Origin: a virus
Length of the DNA stretch: 64,000 nt
Strand: one strand, 5' to 3'
Virus record (IMG/VR): IMGVR_UViG_3300047494_000104
Coordinates: 4,343 to 68,342 of that record
Under the pieces are notes generated by a model. That model had not been told where the DNA came from. It was given only the letters and a program-made list of their open reading frames with translations, and searched no databases. A program made the position numbers and the translations under genes. Each line of letters opens with the position of its first letter. The stretch's first letter is position 1. Below, piece after piece: positions 58,609-64,000 of the stretch.

Positions 58609-59252
58609 TTATCTGGGACAAAATTATGAGCTACATCAACGAATACGCCTACGGGCAGGTCGGCAACAGCACGGCGCGCAAAAAGCTTCTCACAGGCAAG
58701 GTAGAGATCCACATAGAAGGCAGATGGGTTCCTGTGACCAAAGCGGCCGCTAAAACCTTTATCGATGCCGCTCCCCCCGAAGATCCAGGCGAACCGCCGC
58801 CCCTGGCTGAAACTCCGTCCGTAAACAAGAAGCGAAAGAAGGTCAATGCTGCCGAGTTTGATAACGGTGGCGACATTCCTCCGGCCGATGAAGAGGCGCC
58901 CAAAATCGATATGGCGGCTGTTCGCCGGCGCCAACAGGCTGACGTGGAGCGCGCCATGCAGGAGCAGTTGAAGGGCAAAAAACTTCAGCCGCCAGCGCCC
59001 GCGAAGAAGGGAAAGGGGAAAAAGGCCAAGGTTGAGCCTGAGCACGAAGAGGAGCCGGAACAAATCGCGCCTACTTATGCCGGCGATCCAGAATTCTTCC
59101 TGTCGCAAATGGAGGAACTGCTTCAGCGGCTCGACCAAGTCCAATTCTCCAGCGCCAGCGGGTATCGTGACCTGCAACAGATTCGCGGCGATATGCGTGA
59201 CTGTATTGCTGCGTTCCGAGGGGACGACCAGCCTGATGGGGCCGTGGAATAA
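58605..59252 (+). CDS. Hypothetical protein
   Basis: Coupled to DnaB ORF. Confidence 0.55.
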   Translation: MIIWDKIMSYINEYAYGQVGNSTARKKLLTGKVEIHIEGRWVPVTKAAAKTFIDAAPPEDPGEPPPLAETPSVNKKRKKVNAAEFDNGGDIPPADEEAPKIDMAAVRRRQQADVERAMQEQLKGKKLQPPAPAKKGKGKKAKVEPEHEEEPEQIAPTYAGDPEFFLSQMEELLQRLDQVQFSSASGYRDLQQIRGDMRDCIAAFRGDDQPDGAVE

Positions 59253-59670
59253 ATGGCCACACTTCACCATGGGGATCCTTTCGCGAGCGATAGGAAGGAT
59301 TATTACATCGAGTTCGACGACACTGGAGCAAATAGGCGCAAGCCTCACTCGACGCGCGTCGTGAGCGAATATCCCTTGGTCACAATCGATATCGACGAAT
59401 CCGGAGAACCTATCGGCGTATCTGTTCGACAACCCATTTGCAAGCCTGAACCCATGACAGAGATCTCCCAAATCACGAGGGTAGAATGAAGAGAGGCGCT
59501 CCCTGCAAAGACAGCCTTCACGCACGGCTCGCCAAGTTGAAGGTGAAGGGCGAGCTGACGCTAACCAACGAGAACCAGCGTAATCGTGCGCTCAAATATG
59601 CTAGGCATAACAGAATGCTTCTCGTGACTCGAACCTTGGCTAACGGCAAAATACTCGTCTGGAGGCAATC

Positions 59671-60162
59671 TTGAGGCATTTCCCCGGCAATTACACTGAG
59701 GACTGGAAAGAGGTCCAGGCGCGCGCTGTGGAGGCCGTTGGCCATCGCTGCATTCGATGTCATCATCCCTATCGCAAGGGAATGCATGGCAATGGGGAAT
59801 GGTCTCCGTGTGATGATCAATGCTTCCATGGTCCTCCTATTCGAATAGTTGGATCATCTGACGCTGCCGGTAGATTCCTGCCGAACCACACGGAAGCTCA
59901 ATGGCGCATCCTGACGACCCATCATTTCGACGGTCACAAGTCGAACAATGCATGGTGGAATCTCCTCGTGCTCTGCCAACGCTGCCATCTTCAAATCCAA
60001 GGCAAGGTCGATCCGAACACGCCGTACTTCCTAGAGCATTCGACATGGATCAAGCCTTACGTGGCGGGATTCTATGCCTCAAAATATTTGAAGGAAGATC
60101 TGACACGCGAACAGGTAATGGCTCGCCTCGAAGAGCTTTTAAAATTGGAGCAACTCGTATGA
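59671..60162 (+). CDS. HNH endonuclease-like protein
   Basis: CIRC, LTTHHFDG.KSN....NLLVLCQRCH. Confidence 0.8.
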   Translation: MRHFPGNYTEDWKEVQARAVEAVGHRCIRCHHPYRKGMHGNGEWSPCDDQCFHGPPIRIVGSSDAAGRFLPNHTEAQWRILTTHHFDGHKSNNAWWNLLVLCQRCHLQIQGKVDPNTPYFLEHSTWIKPYVAGFYASKYLKEDLTREQVMARLEELLKLEQLV

Positions 60163-60489
60163 ATCAACTCAACTGGCAACCATCGGACGGAGGAGAGAGG
60201 GCTGAGGCGAATGGGTTTGAGTATGAGATATACCCCTACGGCGGCGGAATGTATCGCTGTGATGTGAAGTTCGCCAAGCACCACGATCCCCTGCATCATA
60301 GTGATTATAGTTTGGAGCTGCTTAAGGGTTATTGCCAGCACCACGCCAACGCGATCACCGCCGCCATTGAATCCGATCCAGTGCGGAAGAAGTTAGTCTT
60401 CGCGATTGAGCATTCGTTTCAAACGTCCCACGAAAATAAACTGGCTGCACAAGAAGCGCTGGCTCTCGCCGCCGCCATAGGAGATTACG

Positions 60490-61107
60490 ATGACCCCCAA
60501 CGATAAGCCTTTGCCTTGTCCGTTCTGCGGAAGTGAAAAGCTGATATCACACCGTCAGCCCAGCACTGTTTACGAAGGGATGGGTGCGGCTTGGATTCGC
60601 TGTGATAGCTGCCACTGCCAACTTTTCGCGCCAGAATACGATAAGCTTGTCGTTCAATGGAACACCCGCGCCCTCTCCTCAAAAGCGTCCACTATCGACG
60701 TTGAGGCGTGCGCGAAGGACATTTACGAGAACGTCATTATGGGTGAATGCGGTGGCGAGGATGACGCAACAACCGCGTTTATTGCGGAAATCAAAGTCGC
60801 TATTGCACGCCACCTCAAGCCCGCCAGCGAAAGCGCGTGGATTAGCGTGGAGAAGAGATTAAGGAGTGCTCTCAATTCTGCGGCAGAAGCACTTTCTAAT
60901 TCAGGGCGCGATTTGGAAGCATCATCTTGTTACGCTGCCCTTAGAGAAACCGAAAGAGAGCAAATCGACGAAAAGCACATCGCTGATAACCTCGAATATG
61001 CGCTAACTGGCGCGGGATATTGCAACCCAAGGGACAAAGACGAGGAAAGGGCTATTCGCCAAATTATCCAGACTGAGTTGATTAAGTTTACCAGAAAGGA
61101 AGGATAG
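60490..61107 (+). CDS. Lar-like Zn-ribbon protein
   Basis: PCPFCG...IRCDSC...WNTR. Confidence 0.7.
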   Translation: MTPNDKPLPCPFCGSEKLISHRQPSTVYEGMGAAWIRCDSCHCQLFAPEYDKLVVQWNTRALSSKASTIDVEACAKDIYENVIMGECGGEDDATTAFIAEIKVAIARHLKPASESAWISVEKRLRSALNSAAEALSNSGRDLEASSCYAALRETEREQIDEKHIADNLEYALTGAGYCNPRDKDEERAIRQIIQTELIKFTRKEG

Positions 61108-61445
61108 GTATGAAGACCGACTTTGAAATATTCGATCAAGCCTACGCCAATAGCCCTATAGGACCACACGAGGAACGGGAAACATTTGCACTTAAAGCCG
61201 TCCGCGCCCACATCCTTGCCAACGATCCGGAGGTTGTGAAGATCAGGGAGGCGTTGCTGCAAGCCAAGGATGCTTTGAAATCTGCGAGTCATCAATTTAC
61301 GGCCATGCGCGAAGAGCTTCACGCCGAACATAAGCACGCCGCCTATTGTTCTTTTGTGAATAGAATTAATCCCACAGAGCTTAAGGTTTCGTCCTCTCTC
61401 GATCTCATCGACGCCGCGCTCCAAAACAAAACGGAGAGCGAATAA

Positions 61446-61817
61446 ATGGACCAGCAAGGCGTCGACCAATGGGCCGCAGTCAGGGCAATGGAAGCAGCGG
61501 CCGCGCGGCTAGGCTTCAGCATGATCGAAGTGCAATACTGCATCGGCCGATTCCGATCCAAGACATGGACCACCCAGGCTATTGCCAACAAATTTGGAGT
61601 ATCCTGCGACACGATCGATCATTACGAAATGATCATTCGCCAGCAGGCATTACTCGCCAATCCCTTTATGAACGCGCAGATCGAGCACCACAGAGACGAG
61701 GTTGAGCTGAAGGTGGCCGAGGCTATCGTAGAAGAAGGCAAACGTCGCGTGGCGCTGGTGGAGAAGCTCGAGAAGGATTACATCGACCCAACCCAATACC
61801 CAAGGATCAAAAAATGA
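61446..61817 (+). CDS. HTH protein
   Basis: WTTQAIANKFGVSCDTI. Confidence 0.5.
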   Translation: MDQQGVDQWAAVRAMEAAAARLGFSMIEVQYCIGRFRSKTWTTQAIANKFGVSCDTIDHYEMIIRQQALLANPFMNAQIEHHRDEVELKVAEAIVEEGKRRVALVEKLEKDYIDPTQYPRIKK

Positions 61818-62714
61818 CGGCAGAACTCATCGGTCAAATAATGGCGGCACTATTCCTCATCTCTTGGCCCATTTTGGCAGTAACGGCCTTTACTCTCTGG
61901 CAGATGAACACGAAACTGAAGCGCGATCTCGCCAAGCCCCGGTACGTTTATCGCGGCTATAGCTCTTACGAGCCGTCAATTCACGTGCTGTTAGCTGAAA
62001 CGATGGCGATCCAATCGCGCTTAGAAAAGGAGAACGACATCCTCAAGCGCACGCTGGCCCGGGTGAGCAGGGATCAGATGGCCGAGGTCAATGCGCAAGA
62101 CGAAGGGTTTGATTGGGACGCAGTGCATTTCCAGGATCTTCAGGAGCAACGCCGATGCGGATACGCATGGAGACTCCCCACGGGCAAATTTGTTCGATGC
62201 ATTCGTGAGATCCCGCACACCGGCGGCCACATCAGCGCCAATAACGATCACGCGCCCGAAGAATAGCCATGCGCCAACACTCCATTCCTCTGGTGACTTG
62301 GTGCACCCCATTGCCTTTTTGCCTTCAATGCGACGAGATGCTGGATCTGGTGCCGGCAACATTTGAAACGGAGTGGCAAGCTCTTACGCGCCAAACGGCA
62401 TATCGCTTTGTCCTTTCCTGCCGTCACCACCAAGAGATGAAGCCCTTCAGCATTAAGGTCGACGATGTATCGGCCGCAGCACAGCAATCCAATCAGGTCG
62501 TATTCGAGAACATCCTCAAGGATCTGCCGGACCAATTTGCTCCTGAGACGGCCCGCGATTGGCTGCGCTATCACCATACCAGGGCGAAGAAATCTGAATT
62601 CCTCCGGTACATGAAGTTGATCAACAACAGCACGCCGATAACCGCCGAGGATAAACAGTCCTTAAACGATCTATACCGCTGTCAGTAAACCACAAACAAA
62701 CGAAAGGATAGTAT

Positions 62715-63140
62715 ATGGCACACAGTCAGAACAACAAACAGCTCCGCGTCGGTCACCGGGTCTACATCCCGGCCACAATCACCAAGATCACCAGTGACCA
62801 CGTCGGCACCGACAATATCGAGGCCGCGCGCGAGGACGGTAAGGTCTTGGCGACCAACTCGAGCGACGTCGTACTCCACCCCGACGAGCGCGCCGCGGAT
62901 GAGAGCTTCACTCCGCCCATCCCCAACATCATGAAGTCCTCCATCCCAGGCAAGACGCCGACGGAAGAGGAAGCCAAGGCCGCCAATCGCCAAGTCCATA
63001 ATGCCGAGAAGGTGCGCCCGGTTGATCCCGTCGCCAAGACCGATCTGCCGCCGGCTGATAAACCCGATGCAGCAAACGAGCGCCCATCGGTCGATCAGAG
63101 CGCCGACGAGAAGGCCGATGACGACAAGCTGAGCGAATAG
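62715..63140 (+). CDS. Hypothetical protein
   Basis: RBS AAAGGA; codon bias. Confidence 0.6.
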   Translation: MAHSQNNKQLRVGHRVYIPATITKITSDHVGTDNIEAAREDGKVLATNSSDVVLHPDERAADESFTPPIPNIMKSSIPGKTPTEEEAKAANRQVHNAEKVRPVDPVAKTDLPPADKPDAANERPSVDQSADEKADDDKLSE

Positions 63141-63418
63141 TTCTACGTGGAACGTCCCACCCGTCCATCAACGCCATCGCCAAATGACATGAGCAAAGAC
63201 ACCAAAATCAAATCACTATACGACGCTGAAGAGATGCTTGAGGACTGCACCTCGTTCGTCAGTTTCGAGCATGGTCCCGACGGCCAAGTAAAGCTCGACG
63301 GCGACTTCACCCCAACTCACCTGCGCGCGCTGATCTACATAATCGAGCATCCCAAGAAGCCTTGGGATGAGAAAGAACGGTTGAGCCGAGCCATGAGACG
63401 CGTGGAAAAGGAAGGCCC

Positions 63419-63751
63419 ATGACACGCTTCCTCGACGGCCCAGCCCAAGGCCAAACCACAATGCTCAAGCGTGCTCCGCTCTACCTGCGCGTCGTGATAG
63501 ATCCCGAAGGCAAGGTAGACGCCCTGGACCAGCCCGAGGACACGCCGCATGCAGCCGAGCGCCTATACGCCTACAAGCACAATGGTGAGGTAAGCAGCGT
63601 GCATCTCAACTGTAGAGGCAAGCGTGGCAGCGGCTTCTATACCGTGGCCGACTATAGCCTCATCGCAGACCAGCCCAGCGACGAGACGATGCGCGATACC
63701 AGCCTATGGCACGCGTGGGTTGTGCAGCATAATGCGAGGACAACAATATGA
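63419..63751 (+). CDS. Hypothetical phage protein
   Basis: FLDGPA.G...LKRAP.YLRVV...DALDQ.EDTP. Confidence 0.65.
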   Translation: MTRFLDGPAQGQTTMLKRAPLYLRVVIDPEGKVDALDQPEDTPHAAERLYAYKHNGEVSSVHLNCRGKRGSGFYTVADYSLIADQPSDETMRDTSLWHAWVVQHNARTTI

Positions 63752-64000
63752 GCCATCGCCCTGTCGTGACTCGCGTTGAGGATTGCCCATTCACAGTGAG
63801 CTGAGATGGCGCAATAGAGCTACGCAGCTATCAGCGTTGTGCGCTTGAGGACGTACTTGTACCGTTGCCTCCCTCTGGTCGGATTGTACTCTCGCGCTTC
63901 AACAGCTCGTCAAGCTCAAAGCGACCCTCCAAACGAACCACCTCCAGTGATAAGTAAGGAATCTCTTTGACTATCAACAACTTAAGTCCGAAGGACGCAT

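Noticed and set aside
63780-64000. Possible packaging site or small terminase region
   Set aside because: ORF-poor and AT-richer at the end, but no cos/pac or TerS can be supported from the visible sequence.

Overview
The window is most of a ~64-kb tailed dsDNA phage genome (lambda-like GpA terminase and portal; tape measure but no sheath, so probably a siphovirus; no integrase seen). Layout: TerL (140-2023, +); a ~19-kb minus-strand early/accessory arm (2.3-21.3 kb: DNA methyltransferase, MoxR-vWA module, beta clamp, many small ORFs); a structured intergenic RNA, an RNase H-like gene and tRNA-Met (21.4-22.2 kb); head, tail and lysis genes (22.3-49.8 kb, +); recombination/replication genes (50-64 kb, +). 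The main discovery is at 7605-9290. A Cas7/RAMP-like gene is followed directly by a non-coding array of nine 54-64 nt units built from 5-nt (GNA/GNC + NN) periods, then a small conserved-looking gene. Reading only the variable NN dinucleotides as codon positions 1-2 gives recognisable protein motifs: JAB YLGEWHTHPE, patatin DGGIWANNP, ThiF/E1 LIPFIDVGMGV, and NGSWGMF, the C-terminus of the RAMP protein itself. This points to an RNA-guided, wobble-skipping system aimed at host anti-phage (CBASS-like) genes and at rival copies of itself. Other signals: a dispersed 14-bp palindrome, TTGACA 13-15 nt before structural-gene starts, basic head polyproteins with repeated T-E-F/L-S motifs, and a tandem family of small Cys-rich proteins. 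All calls are by eye from motifs; no searches were run.
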